64,000 bases of DNA from Flavobacteriales bacterium. Its GTDB lineage: Bacteria; Bacteroidota; Bacteroidia; Flavobacteriales; UBA7312. Both the position numbers and the translations under genes were made by a program. This document shows positions 49,245-57,318 of the stretch, in pieces. The stretch is from NCBI GenBank assembly GCA_029248105.1, contig JAQWJZ010000011.1, positions 3,221 through 67,220 on the forward strand, written 5' to 3'. The number at the start of each line of letters is the position of its first letter. Within the stretch, counting starts at the first letter, position 1. The notes under the pieces are model-generated. The model saw only the letters and a list, made by a program, of their open reading frames with translations. It ran no database searches and was not told the DNA's origin.

Positions 49245-49867
49245 GCAATTTGGACATAAACCACCTTTTTAGTTTCAAAAAAATCTTCTTTGAAATACTC
49301 TGAGAGGTTAAATGTATTGTGGTGATATTGAACATCGCTCATCTCTTCTGTCAAGTCACCACCTTTAAGATAAAGAATACCATTGGGGAAATCATTTTTA
49401 CAAAAAAGGGAAAGCTTGCCTTCTATCCATTTTAAAAATGTAGGCATACGTGTCACAGCTCGACTTACAACAAAATCAAATTTTTCGTTGATGTTTTCTG
49501 CTCTCTCATGAGCTGACCTTACGTTTTTAAGGCCTAATTCTTGAGCTACTGCACGAACTACTTTTATCTTTTTACCGATACTATCTACTAGATAAAAATC
49601 GACATCAGGAAACAATATAGCCAAAGGTATTCCTGGAAAACCGCCACCAGTTCCTACATCTAAGACCTTAGTTCCTGATTCAAACGGCATAACCTTAGCT
49701 ATTCCCAATGAATGTAATACATGGCGCTCCAAAAAATCACCCATATCTTTTCTTGAAACTACATTAATCTGAGCGTTCCAAAAGGTGTATAAATCAGTAA
49801 GTGCTGAAAATTGCTGACGTTGTTTATCGCTTAAATCAGGGAAATAGGTTGAAATAATGTTATCCAT
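49241..49867 (-). CDS. rsmG: 16S rRNA (guanine527-N7)-methyltransferase
   Basis: LDVGTGGGFPGIPLAI SAM motif. Its start overlaps the sigma-factor stop as TAATG. Confidence 0.9.
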   Translation of the reverse strand: MDNIISTYFPDLSDKQRQQFSALTDLYTFWNAQINVVSRKDMGDFLERHVLHSLGIAKVMPFESGTKVLDVGTGGGFPGIPLAILFPDVDFYLVDSIGKKIKVVRAVAQELGLKNVRSAHERAENINEKFDFVVSRAVTRMPTFLKWIEGKLSLFCKNDFPNGILYLKGGDLTEEMSDVQYHHNTFNLSEYFKEDFFETKKVVYVQIA

Positions 49868-50472
49868 TACAAAGCATCTTTTTTTCCAGATAGTATTTTA
49901 AACAATTGCTCTCTTGAGCGATAAAGTTGAGCTTTTACCGTTCCTATGGGTATTTTTAGTTCTTCTGAGATTTCTTCGTAGCTAAATTCTTTAAAATAGC
50001 GCAATTTGACTAACTCTCTATAATTAGGTTTTAGCTGCTCAACGATATTTCTCAAAATCTGAATACGTTGCTTATTTATCATTGTTTTCTCAGGTCCGTC
50101 ACCATAATCTGGAATATCAATAGACGTTTGGGAGCCTTCGCTATGTTCTATCATAGCATCTATGGAAAAGGTTGGTAATTTCTTTTTCCTTAAATAGTCA
50201 ATGCAGTTATTTCGTGCAATACTAAAAAGCCAAGTGCTAAAAGCATATTTTGGAGTATACGAATGTAACTTGTTAAAGGCCTTACCAAAAGCTTCGATAG
50301 TCAATTCTTTAGCAAGTTCTCTATCATTGACTCTTTCGTAAAGCATAAAAAATATAGGGTCTCTATATTTAGACATTAACTTGTTATAGGCACGTGGATC
50401 TCCTTTGGTCAGTGCTAATTCGATGATTTTTAAATCCTCTTTAGCTTTTTCTGTAAGTTCTCTGTTTACCAA
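49867..50472 (-). CDS. sigma-70 family (ECF-type) RNA polymerase sigma factor
   Basis: Region 2 (FSTWLFSIARNNCIDYLRK) and region 4 helix-turn-helix (YEEISEELKIPIGTVKAQLYRSR). Confidence 0.85.
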   Translation of the reverse strand: MVNRELTEKAKEDLKIIELALTKGDPRAYNKLMSKYRDPIFFMLYERVNDRELAKELTIEAFGKAFNKLHSYTPKYAFSTWLFSIARNNCIDYLRKKKLPTFSIDAMIEHSEGSQTSIDIPDYGDGPEKTMINKQRIQILRNIVEQLKPNYRELVKLRYFKEFSYEEISEELKIPIGTVKAQLYRSREQLFKILSGKKDAL

Positions 50473-51563
50473 AACCGTTTCTTTTTTATCAGTCTATTGA
50501 CTATAAATATAAAGTAAAAAAAGATAAATAGTAACTCTAAGAATGGATACAGATAGATTAAATCTTTTTCATTCAATCTTTTCAAAATATTGAAGGATAC
50601 TACTAACTGGATAATTAAACGAATGAGAAAGAGGGAAAGAGTAATGTATATGAATGGCTCCAAAAATAAGAGAGTAATAAAAAATATCCAAAAAAGTGCT
50701 TGGCTGAGTGTCCACAAACCTAACATTACTTTATGGTAAGGTTTATAATAAACTCCAGTACTGAGATGTCTACTTTTCTGTCTTATCCATGATTTCCACG
50801 TGGTTTTGGGTTCAGATATCGTATGAGCAGAAGCACCTAGGCTTATGGCTGTATTGTTGGAATTAGTGACTTCTTTTATAAACAAATCGTCATCACCTGA
50901 AGGAAGGTGCAAATGTGAAGCAAATCCTTTGTTATCAAAAAACAAGGATTTTTTATAGGCTAAATTTCTTCCGACCCCCATATAGGTTTTACCTATTAGA
51001 GCATAAGAGAAGTATTGCATAGCCACTTGAAAGGTGTCAAAACGAATAAGCTTGTTTAATAGCCCTTTTGTTCTTTCATAAGCACCATACCCCAACACAA
51101 TAGTTTTATTGGAGAAATGTTGTACCATAGAGCTAATCCAATGATTATCTCTAGGGTAACAGTCGGCATCGGTCAAAAGAAGATAGTCATACTTAGCAGC
51201 CTTAATACCTAATGTTAAAGCAAACTTTTTACCTAGTCCTTTTTTAATATCTTCTCTGATATCTACTAATTTAATCTTGGGGTGATATTCCCATTGCTTG
51301 AAAACAAATTTAGTGTTGTCAGTAGATTGGTCGTTTACTAAAACAATTTCAAAATTAGGGTAATCTTGTTCCAGTAATTTTTCAACAAGTCCCTCCCAGT
51401 GTTTCTCCTCATTATAACCACAAACTACTACCGAAACAGCTTTAGAAAAATTGTTTTTTTTCTCTTTATACTTTGCTAACTTCAAATAAATAAAAAGGTA
51501 AAAGCATAACTGCACTAGAGTGAGAGCAGCAAAAACAACCAAGCATATAGTAGCTATATCCAT
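50466..51563 (-). CDS. family 2 glycosyltransferase with membrane anchors
   Basis: N-terminal TM helix, VNDQSTDNT, LLTDADC (DxD), a QxxRW-like RQKSRH segment, and C-terminal TM helices. Confidence 0.8.
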   Translation of the reverse strand: MDIATICLVVFAALTLVQLCFYLFIYLKLAKYKEKKNNFSKAVSVVVCGYNEEKHWEGLVEKLLEQDYPNFEIVLVNDQSTDNTKFVFKQWEYHPKIKLVDIREDIKKGLGKKFALTLGIKAAKYDYLLLTDADCYPRDNHWISSMVQHFSNKTIVLGYGAYERTKGLLNKLIRFDTFQVAMQYFSYALIGKTYMGVGRNLAYKKSLFFDNKGFASHLHLPSGDDDLFIKEVTNSNNTAISLGASAHTISEPKTTWKSWIRQKSRHLSTGVYYKPYHKVMLGLWTLSQALFWIFFITLLFLEPFIYITLSLFLIRLIIQLVVSFNILKRLNEKDLIYLYPFLELLFIFFYFIFIVNRLIKKKRFW

Positions 51564-51629
51564 AGTTTACAATGATACGGATATTTAATATTTTTATGTG
51601 GTATAAATTTTATGTTATTAAGACTTAAC

Positions 51630-51637
51630 TATCTTTG
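51630..51637 (+). promoter_or_regulatory. Bacteroidota -7 box TATCTTTG (tgt)
   Basis: Exact TAnnTTTG 15 nt upstream of ATG 51653. This argues against the track TTG start 51635, which lies inside the box. Confidence 0.45.
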
Positions 51638-51652
51638 GCGAAATTTGCATTT

Positions 51653-52783
51653 ATGGATTTTAAGCTGATAAAAAAAGATAGTGCTTCAAAAGCACGTTTG
51701 GGAGAGCTGACCACAGCCCACGGAAAAATCCAAACACCCATTTTTATGCCTGTAGGTACAGCAGCAACAGTAAAGGGTGTACACCAGCATGAAGTAGATA
51801 AAGATACGCAAGCCCAAATCATTTTGGGGAACACCTATCACCTGTATCTTAGACCCGGTTTGGAAGTCTTAGAAAAAGCCGGTGGCCTACATCAGTTTAT
51901 GAATTGGCAAAAACCCATTCTTACCGATAGTGGTGGTTATCAAGTATATTCACTTTCTGGCAAACGAAAAATCAAAGAAGAAGGCGTAAAATTTCAATCG
52001 CATATTGATGGTTCTTACCACCTCTTTACCCCTGAAAATGTAATGGATATACAACGTACTATAGGAGCTGATATCATCATGGCATTTGATGAGTGCACAC
52101 CCTACCCTTGCGACTACAATTATGCTAAGAATTCCATGCATATGACACACCGTTGGCTAAAGCGTTGCTGTGAACGTTTCGATAGTACCGAACCTAAATA
52201 TGGCTTTGACCAAACCCTTTTTCCTATCGTTCAAGGTAGTGTCTACAAAGATTTAAGAAAACAATCTGCAGAGAAAATAGCTTCTTTCGAACGTGAAGGT
52301 AATGCCATTGGCGGCTTGTCCGTAGGTGAGCCTCATGACCTCATGTATGAAATGACAGAAATAGTGTGCAACGTATTGCCAGAAGACAAGCCCCGTTACT
52401 TAATGGGCGTTGGAACTCCCACAAATCTTTTAGAAAATATTGCTTTAGGTGTAGATATGTTCGACTGCGTAATGCCAACTAGAAATGCTCGAAACGGTAT
52501 GATTTTCACTAGTGAAGGAACTATAAACATCAAAAATAAAAAATGGGCAGACGACTTCTCTCCCATAGACGAAAATGGCACCTCCTATGTAGACTCTACT
52601 TATAGCAAGGCTTATGTACGTCATCTGTTTACTGTTAACGAAATGTTAGGCAAACAAATAACAACCCTGCACAATATCCGTTTCTATCTTTGGTTAATGG
52701 AACAAGCAAGAGAACACTTAGCAGATGGTACATTTACTGAATGGAAAAATAGAATGGTCAAAAAACTCGATAGACGTTTATAA
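51653..52783 (+). CDS. tgt: queuine tRNA-ribosyltransferase
   Basis: TPIFMPVGT, TDSGGYQV, MAFDEC, FDCVMPTR motifs. Confidence 0.95.
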   Translation: MDFKLIKKDSASKARLGELTTAHGKIQTPIFMPVGTAATVKGVHQHEVDKDTQAQIILGNTYHLYLRPGLEVLEKAGGLHQFMNWQKPILTDSGGYQVYSLSGKRKIKEEGVKFQSHIDGSYHLFTPENVMDIQRTIGADIIMAFDECTPYPCDYNYAKNSMHMTHRWLKRCCERFDSTEPKYGFDQTLFPIVQGSVYKDLRKQSAEKIASFEREGNAIGGLSVGEPHDLMYEMTEIVCNVLPEDKPRYLMGVGTPTNLLENIALGVDMFDCVMPTRNARNGMIFTSEGTINIKNKKWADDFSPIDENGTSYVDSTYSKAYVRHLFTVNEMLGKQITTLHNIRFYLWLMEQAREHLADGTFTEWKNRMVKKLDRRL

Positions 52784-53860
52784 ATGCAAAAGTTAGACTG
52801 GTATATCATCAAAAAGTTTTTGGGAACTTTCTTCTTCTCAATATCTTTGATATTACTCATCGTTGTCGTCTTCGATATGTCTGAAAAAATTGACGATTTT
52901 ATTGAAAAAGAAGCGCCAATCAAAGCCATTATTTTCGATTATTACCTGAACTTCATCCCCTATTTCGGCAATTTGTTTAGCCCATTATTTACCTTTGTTG
53001 CTGTTATCTTTTTCACCTCAAAAATGGCTAATAATACTGAGGTCATTTCAATTCTAAGTAGTGGGGTAAGTTTCAATAGATTTTTACGTCCGTATATGCT
53101 ATCTGCTGGATTATTAGCAATACTATCCTTTACTTTAGGAAACTTCATAATACCACCTGCTAATAGTGAAAGATTAGCATTTGAGAATACATATATCAAA
53201 AATCCTTATAACAATAGGGATAAGGATATACACATGCAAATTATGCCAGGGCAATTTATTTATATGCAATCGTATAATACCAAACGTAATATTGGTTATA
53301 AATTCTCAATGGAACGCTTTGAAAATAATGAACTTAAAGAAAAACTATTCTGTAATTATATAAAATGGAATAAAGAAAACGAAAACTGGGTTGTACATGA
53401 CTACTTCATTCGTAAGATTGATCACTTAAACGAAAAAATTACAGAAGGAGATACATTAAATCTAGATATTAACCTTCACCCCAATGACTTTAATGTTAGG
53501 CGAAGTATGGTCGAGACGATGAATATGTTTCAGCTAAACGACTATATCAAAGAGGAACGTATGAAAGGATCTAAAAATTTAGTTTTCCATATTATTGAAC
53601 AACAAAAACGCTTTGCCTATCCTTTTGCTACCCTTATACTTACCTTTGTTGCAGTGGCTATGGCTTCTCGTAAAGTCAGAGGTGGTATTGGCTTACATTT
53701 AGGTGCAGGATTGCTTATTAGCTTTGCCTATATTTTGTTTATGCAAGTGTCAACTACCTTTGCTACTAACGGTGATTTATCTCCTATTGTAGCCGTATGG
53801 ATTCCTAATTTAATATTTGCTAGTTTAGGCTTATATCTTCTAAAAAAAGCACCTAAATAG
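52784..53860 (+). CDS. LptF/LptG (YjgP/YjgQ) family permease
   Basis: Six-TM topology with a periplasmic beta-jellyroll insert. N-terminal LDWYIIKKFLGTFFF is typical of the family. Confidence 0.8.
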   Translation: MQKLDWYIIKKFLGTFFFSISLILLIVVVFDMSEKIDDFIEKEAPIKAIIFDYYLNFIPYFGNLFSPLFTFVAVIFFTSKMANNTEVISILSSGVSFNRFLRPYMLSAGLLAILSFTLGNFIIPPANSERLAFENTYIKNPYNNRDKDIHMQIMPGQFIYMQSYNTKRNIGYKFSMERFENNELKEKLFCNYIKWNKENENWVVHDYFIRKIDHLNEKITEGDTLNLDINLHPNDFNVRRSMVETMNMFQLNDYIKEERMKGSKNLVFHIIEQQKRFAYPFATLILTFVAVAMASRKVRGGIGLHLGAGLLISFAYILFMQVSTTFATNGDLSPIVAVWIPNLIFASLGLYLLKKAPK

Positions 53861-54617
53861 TTTTTGCTTCATTCCAATACACGTCCATTTCTTCCAAAGA
53901 TAAATCAGACATATCTTGACCTTTAGCTTTTATTTGTTTTTCCATATACTGAAAACGGTGTATGAATTTTTTATTGGTTTTCTCTAAAGCATCTTCTGGG
54001 TTTACTTTAACAAATCGGGCGTAATTAATCAACGAGAATAATAAATCTCCAAACTCTTCTGTTGTTTTATGCTGGTCACCTTTGTCAACCTCAGTTTTGA
54101 GTTCAGATAATTCTTCCTGAACTTTATCCCATACCTGTTCGCTGTTGTCCCAATCGAAACCTACTCCTCGTGCTTTTTCTTGAATACGAATAGCTTTAAC
54201 CATAGATGGCAAAGACTTAGGCACACCCTCTAATACAGACTCTTTACCTTCTTTAAGTTTTAACTTCTCCCAATTGGCTTTTACTTCTGCCTCATCAGCA
54301 ACTACAACGTCTCCATAAATATGAGGATGACGATGCACGAGTTTATCACAAACACCATTGAGCACATCGGTAATATCAAAATCTTCTGTTTCAGACGCTA
54401 TCTTAGAATAAAAAATTAGGTGTAACATAATGTCACCGATTTCTTTCTTTATTTCATCCATATCGCCATCTACTATAGCATCGGATAATTCATAAACTTC
54501 TTCCAATGTAAGATAGCGCAAACTATCAATGGTTTGCTTCATATCCCAAGGGCATTTAGCCCTTAAATCGTCCATTATATTCAATAATCTTTCAAAAGCA
54601 ACTAAACGAGCATCCAT
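53853..54617 (-). CDS. mazG: nucleoside triphosphate pyrophosphohydrolase MazG
   Basis: Tandem MazG domains: CPWDMKQT...LTLEEVYELSDAI and EELSELKTE...EEFGDLLFSLIN. Confidence 0.9.
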   Translation of the reverse strand: MDARLVAFERLLNIMDDLRAKCPWDMKQTIDSLRYLTLEEVYELSDAIVDGDMDEIKKEIGDIMLHLIFYSKIASETEDFDITDVLNGVCDKLVHRHPHIYGDVVVADEAEVKANWEKLKLKEGKESVLEGVPKSLPSMVKAIRIQEKARGVGFDWDNSEQVWDKVQEELSELKTEVDKGDQHKTTEEFGDLLFSLINYARFVKVNPEDALEKTNKKFIHRFQYMEKQIKAKGQDMSDLSLEEMDVYWNEAKTI

Positions 54618-54654
54618 AAATTAAATTTTCAGCAAAAGTAGTATAACAATTTCA

Positions 54655-54662
54655 TACCTTTG
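54655..54662 (+). promoter_or_regulatory. Bacteroidota -7 box TACCTTTG (small Cys-rich membrane protein gene)
   Basis: Exact TAnnTTTG 19 nt upstream of ATG 54682. Confidence 0.45.
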
Positions 54663-54681
54663 CAACGCACATAATTTATAT

Positions 54682-54882
54682 ATGAAAGTAGTATTATTAG
54701 CCATAGCTCTATTAGCAATAGGATTTGCAGGAATAGCCATTAAAATATTGGTCAAGAAAGATGGTAAATTTTCTGGCACATGTGCCAGTAACAGCCCTTT
54801 TCTTAATAAGGAAGGTGAAAATTGTGGTTTCTGTGGTGCTAGTCCAGAAGAAATGTGCAAAAAAGAAGAAGTTGCTAGTTAA
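54682..54882 (+). CDS. small single-TM protein with four-Cys tail (NqrM-like architecture)
   Basis: 66 aa: TM helix VVLLAIALLAIGFAGIAIKILV, then GTC-x13-CGFC-x7-C. It has its own -7 box, and its 3' end overlaps the apbE stop by 8 nt. Preferred over the antisense ORF 54621-54860. Confidence 0.6.
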   Translation: MKVVLLAIALLAIGFAGIAIKILVKKDGKFSGTCASNSPFLNKEGENCGFCGASPEEMCKKEEVAS

Positions 54883-55873
54883 CCTTTAGTGATTCAAACC
54901 CTTCTGTTGACCAATTTCGCCATCTTTTATCTTCATCGGTATATATCAAAAAGACTTCCAGTCCTTCTTGTGTTTTCAGAAATTCTTGAGTCTGTTTTAC
55001 ACCCATCACCATAAAGGTAGTGGCGTAAGCATCAGCCATCATGCAATTATCCGCAATAACCGTAGCACTCAATAAAGAATGCTGAACAGGGTAAGCCGTT
55101 TTTGGATTGATAGTATGAGCATATATTTGACCGTCTTTCTTATAAAACTTCCTATAATTACCTGAGGTAGCTAAAGACTTGTCGTTAAGATTTAAGATAA
55201 TCTGAAAACGATCGTTTTTGTCAATCTCATTCGATGGTTTATCAATGCCTACTCTCCATTTTTTATCTCTAGAGTTTAGTCCTTTTGCCCTAAGCTCTCC
55301 TCCCACTTCAATAAGGTAATCTGTCAAGTAGAGCGAATCAAAAAACTCTGCAATAACATCTACAGTATAGCCTTGAGCAATTGCATTAAAATCTAAGGTT
55401 TTCAGCTGCGGATTAGAAATTAAAGAATCTCCTTTCAAAGATACATCTTGATAGCCCACTTTTTTCAACAATTCTACAATTACTAAAGAATCTAACTCTT
55501 GCGGATTAGATGTGCCGAAACCCCATGACTGAACTAAAGGAGCTACGGTACAATCAAAAAGACCTGAACTCGTAGCAGACACTTGCTGAGAAGCTTTAAA
55601 AACACGTACAAAGTGAGTATCTAAGTATAAAGAGGTGTCACCAGCATTCAATTGACTAATTAAAGAACTGGGTAGATAGGTAGATAAGGAATTGTCAATC
55701 TCTGCAAAGATACTATCAATCTGAAGGTGGTAATCCTGACCATCTGCACTCATGTATTTAATACTATATGAAGTGCCTTGTGCAAAACCAACATTATGAA
55801 CAAGAGTTGTTGAATGGTTATGTGTACTATTACAAGCTATGATACTTACTAAAATAATAATCCAATATTTCAT
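54875..55873 (-). CDS. apbE: FAD:protein FMN transferase (ApbE), lipoprotein
   Basis: Lipobox IIAC. ApbE segments AIAQGYTVD, LATSGNYRKF, HTINPKT, ADAYATTF. Confidence 0.88.
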   Translation of the reverse strand: MKYWIIILVSIIACNSTHNHSTTLVHNVGFAQGTSYSIKYMSADGQDYHLQIDSIFAEIDNSLSTYLPSSLISQLNAGDTSLYLDTHFVRVFKASQQVSATSSGLFDCTVAPLVQSWGFGTSNPQELDSLVIVELLKKVGYQDVSLKGDSLISNPQLKTLDFNAIAQGYTVDVIAEFFDSLYLTDYLIEVGGELRAKGLNSRDKKWRVGIDKPSNEIDKNDRFQIILNLNDKSLATSGNYRKFYKKDGQIYAHTINPKTAYPVQHSLLSATVIADNCMMADAYATTFMVMGVKQTQEFLKTQEGLEVFLIYTDEDKRWRNWSTEGFESLKVN

Positions 55874-55877
55874 TTGA

Positions 55878-55885
55878 CAAAATTA
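55878..55885 (-). promoter_or_regulatory. Bacteroidota -7 box TAATTTTG (apbE, leaderless-type spacing)
   Basis: Exact TAnnTTTG on the minus strand, 4 nt upstream of ATG 55873. Confidence 0.4.
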
Positions 55886-55893
55886 TACATTTG
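55886..55893 (+). promoter_or_regulatory. Bacteroidota -7 box TACATTTG (DUF1801 gene)
   Basis: Exact TAnnTTTG 26 nt upstream of ATG 55920. It directly abuts the apbE box. Confidence 0.45.
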
Positions 55894-55919
55894 TATTTAA
55901 GAAATCTAAAAAGAGTGTT

Positions 55920-56375
55920 ATGAAAATTAAAGCTATTTCAGTCAATGACTATTTTGACAAAATACCTGAAGAAAGACAACTAGCCATGAATAAACTTAGA
56001 GAAATCATAAATACCCATTTACCAAAGGGTTTTGAAGAATGTTTGGGTTATGGAATGCCTAGCTGGGTAGTACCTCATTCTATTTACCCTAATGGTTATC
56101 ATACAACCCCTGAACTTCCTCTCCCTTTTATGAGTTTGGCTTCGCAAAAAAACTTTATAGGCTTATATCATATGGGAATTTATGCAGACAACAAACTTCT
56201 TGATTGGTGGCAGAAAGAATATGTGAAGTATTGTTCCAAAAAACTAGATATGGGTAAAAGCTGTATTCGACTGAAGTATATCGAAGAAATACCTTATGAA
56301 TTAATTGCAGAATTATGCACTAAAATTAGTGTTGATCAATGGATAAAGACCTATGAGAATAGTTTTAAAAGATAA
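55920..56375 (+). CDS. DUF1801 (YdhG-like) domain-containing protein
   Basis: VNDYFDKIPEERQ...LREII...GYGMPSW...FMSLASQKNFIGLY matches the DUF1801 pattern. Confidence 0.7.
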   Translation: MKIKAISVNDYFDKIPEERQLAMNKLREIINTHLPKGFEECLGYGMPSWVVPHSIYPNGYHTTPELPLPFMSLASQKNFIGLYHMGIYADNKLLDWWQKEYVKYCSKKLDMGKSCIRLKYIEEIPYELIAELCTKISVDQWIKTYENSFKR

Positions 56376-56377
56376 GT

Positions 56378-56587
56378 TTATTTCTTTTTAAGAAACATTG
56401 TTTTTAGCACTACACGTGTACCGTTAACTTTACAATCTACCTCGTCAGCATCGTCAGTCAATCGAATGTTTTTAACTTTCGTACCTTTCTTGATAACAAG
56501 AGGAGATCCTTTAACATCTAAGGTCTTTACAACAATGACAGAATCACCACTGGATAAAGTATTACCATTACAATCTTTAACTTCCAT
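56378..56587 (-). CDS. PhnA/YjdM C-terminal-domain protein (stand-alone)
   Basis: 69 aa. DCNGNTLSSGDSVIVVKTLDVKGS...IKKGTKVKNIRL...VDCKV.G..VVLKT.FLKK matches the PhnA C-domain and lacks the N-terminal zinc ribbon. Confidence 0.75.
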   Translation of the reverse strand: MEVKDCNGNTLSSGDSVIVVKTLDVKGSPLVIKKGTKVKNIRLTDDADEVDCKVNGTRVVLKTMFLKKK

Positions 56588-56603
56588 AACTAATTATTTA
56601 TCA

Positions 56604-56611
56604 CAAATGTA
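56604..56611 (-). promoter_or_regulatory. Bacteroidota -7 box TACATTTG (phnA-like gene)
   Basis: Exact TAnnTTTG on the minus strand, 16 nt upstream of ATG 56587. Confidence 0.45.
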
Positions 56612-56681
56612 AGTATTACAATTGGCGATATTGTAAAAAATATATAAATTGTAAGGACTTATTTTAAGAATCTTAGAAGCT

Positions 56682-56906
56682 TTGAAAACTATAAAGTACA
56701 TAAACCTATTGCTAGCATTTACCTTTTCTGTGGTAATTATAATTGACATAGTATATCTCTTTAAGGTACAAATTCAAAAAGTATCTATTTTCAATTCTGA
56801 CCAATCTAATTTTGTCAAATTTTGTGATGAATATAATTTAGAAATACTCTTATTAGCTTTATTGATACTGAGCGGTCTATCGATTTATCAGATAATGAGA
56901 AGATAA
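56682..56906 (+). CDS. hypothetical small two-TM protein (weak call)
   Basis: 74-aa ORF with a TTG start and two hydrophobic helices. It lies in a very AT-rich region. No recognisable family and no promoter box seen. Confidence 0.25.
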   Translation: MKTIKYINLLLAFTFSVVIIIDIVYLFKVQIQKVSIFNSDQSNFVKFCDEYNLEILLLALLILSGLSIYQIMRR

Positions 56907-56911
56907 TCGTA

Positions 56912-57106
56912 TTACTTCTTTTTAGGGAATTTAGTATTGTTTAAAATGAAAGAAGATTTGATTTTCTGACCACAATTTGTACAACTAACCAGTATTGACC
57001 TCTGCTCGTGTTCATAATAGTACCTAGTATAGAGAAAAGACTGGTCTTTTATAATTATTTTATAAAACCCACAAGAACAGGAACCTTGCTTTCTTACTAT
57101 TTTCAT
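56912..57106 (-). CDS. hypothetical small Cys-containing protein (weak call)
   Basis: 64-aa ORF with CxC...CxxC (SCSCG, CTNCG). A TAnnTTTG box sits only 1 nt upstream of its ATG, too close to drive it. Confidence 0.25.
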   Translation of the reverse strand: MKIVRKQGSCSCGFYKIIIKDQSFLYTRYYYEHEQRSILVSCTNCGQKIKSSFILNNTKFPKKK

Positions 57107-57134
57107 ACAAATATAGTAAGAGGGGATTTAGTGC

Positions 57135-57240
57135 GTCTAAACACGAGAAAACAACCAAAGGCTCTTAACCCACTCCCCCTATTAAAAGGAAAAAGGCTAA
57201 GAGAAAATATAAAAAAGTGTTGGTTGAATTGTGTTTAGAC
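57135..57240. repeat. nested inverted repeats (candidate structured RNA or DNA element)
   Basis: GTCTAAACAC (57135-57144) pairs with GTGTTTAGAC (57231-57240). CAACCAA (57152-57158) pairs with TTGGTTG (57220-57226). CTCTTA (57162-57167) pairs with TAAGAG (57198-57203). Confidence 0.4.
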
Positions 57241-57283
57241 TTTGGTAATATATATTAAAAATAAAAATTAACTATTGATAAAT

Positions 57284-57318
57284 AAAAAAACCTCACTAAA
57301 ATTAGTGAGGTTTTTTTT
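57284..57318. terminator. bidirectional intrinsic terminator downstream of nqrF
   Basis: A7 run, stem CCTCACTA (57291-57298) pairing with TAGTGAGG (57303-57310) around a 4-nt loop, then a T8 run. Confidence 0.85.

Noticed and set aside
54621-54860. 79-aa minus-strand ORF overlapping the small Cys-rich membrane protein gene.
   Set aside because: The plus-strand ORF 54682-54882 has a properly spaced TAnnTTTG box and a coherent TM-plus-Cys architecture. The minus-strand ORF would run straight into mazG with no promoter and has no recognisable features.
56378-57106. The idea that the CxC...CxxC mini-ORF (56912-57106) is the detached zinc-ribbon half of a split PhnA/YjdM whose C-domain is at 56378-56587.
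   Set aside because: The two are separated by about 325 nt and an opposite-strand ORF. The Cys spacing and sequence do not resemble the PhnA N-terminal ribbon as I recall it. Stand-alone PhnA C-domain proteins are common.
57008-57238. 76-aa plus-strand ORF spanning the nested inverted repeat.
   Set aside because: It has a GTG start, overlaps the opposite-strand mini-ORF, and is basic and low-complexity. It runs through the stem regions, so the signal there is better explained as nucleic-acid structure.
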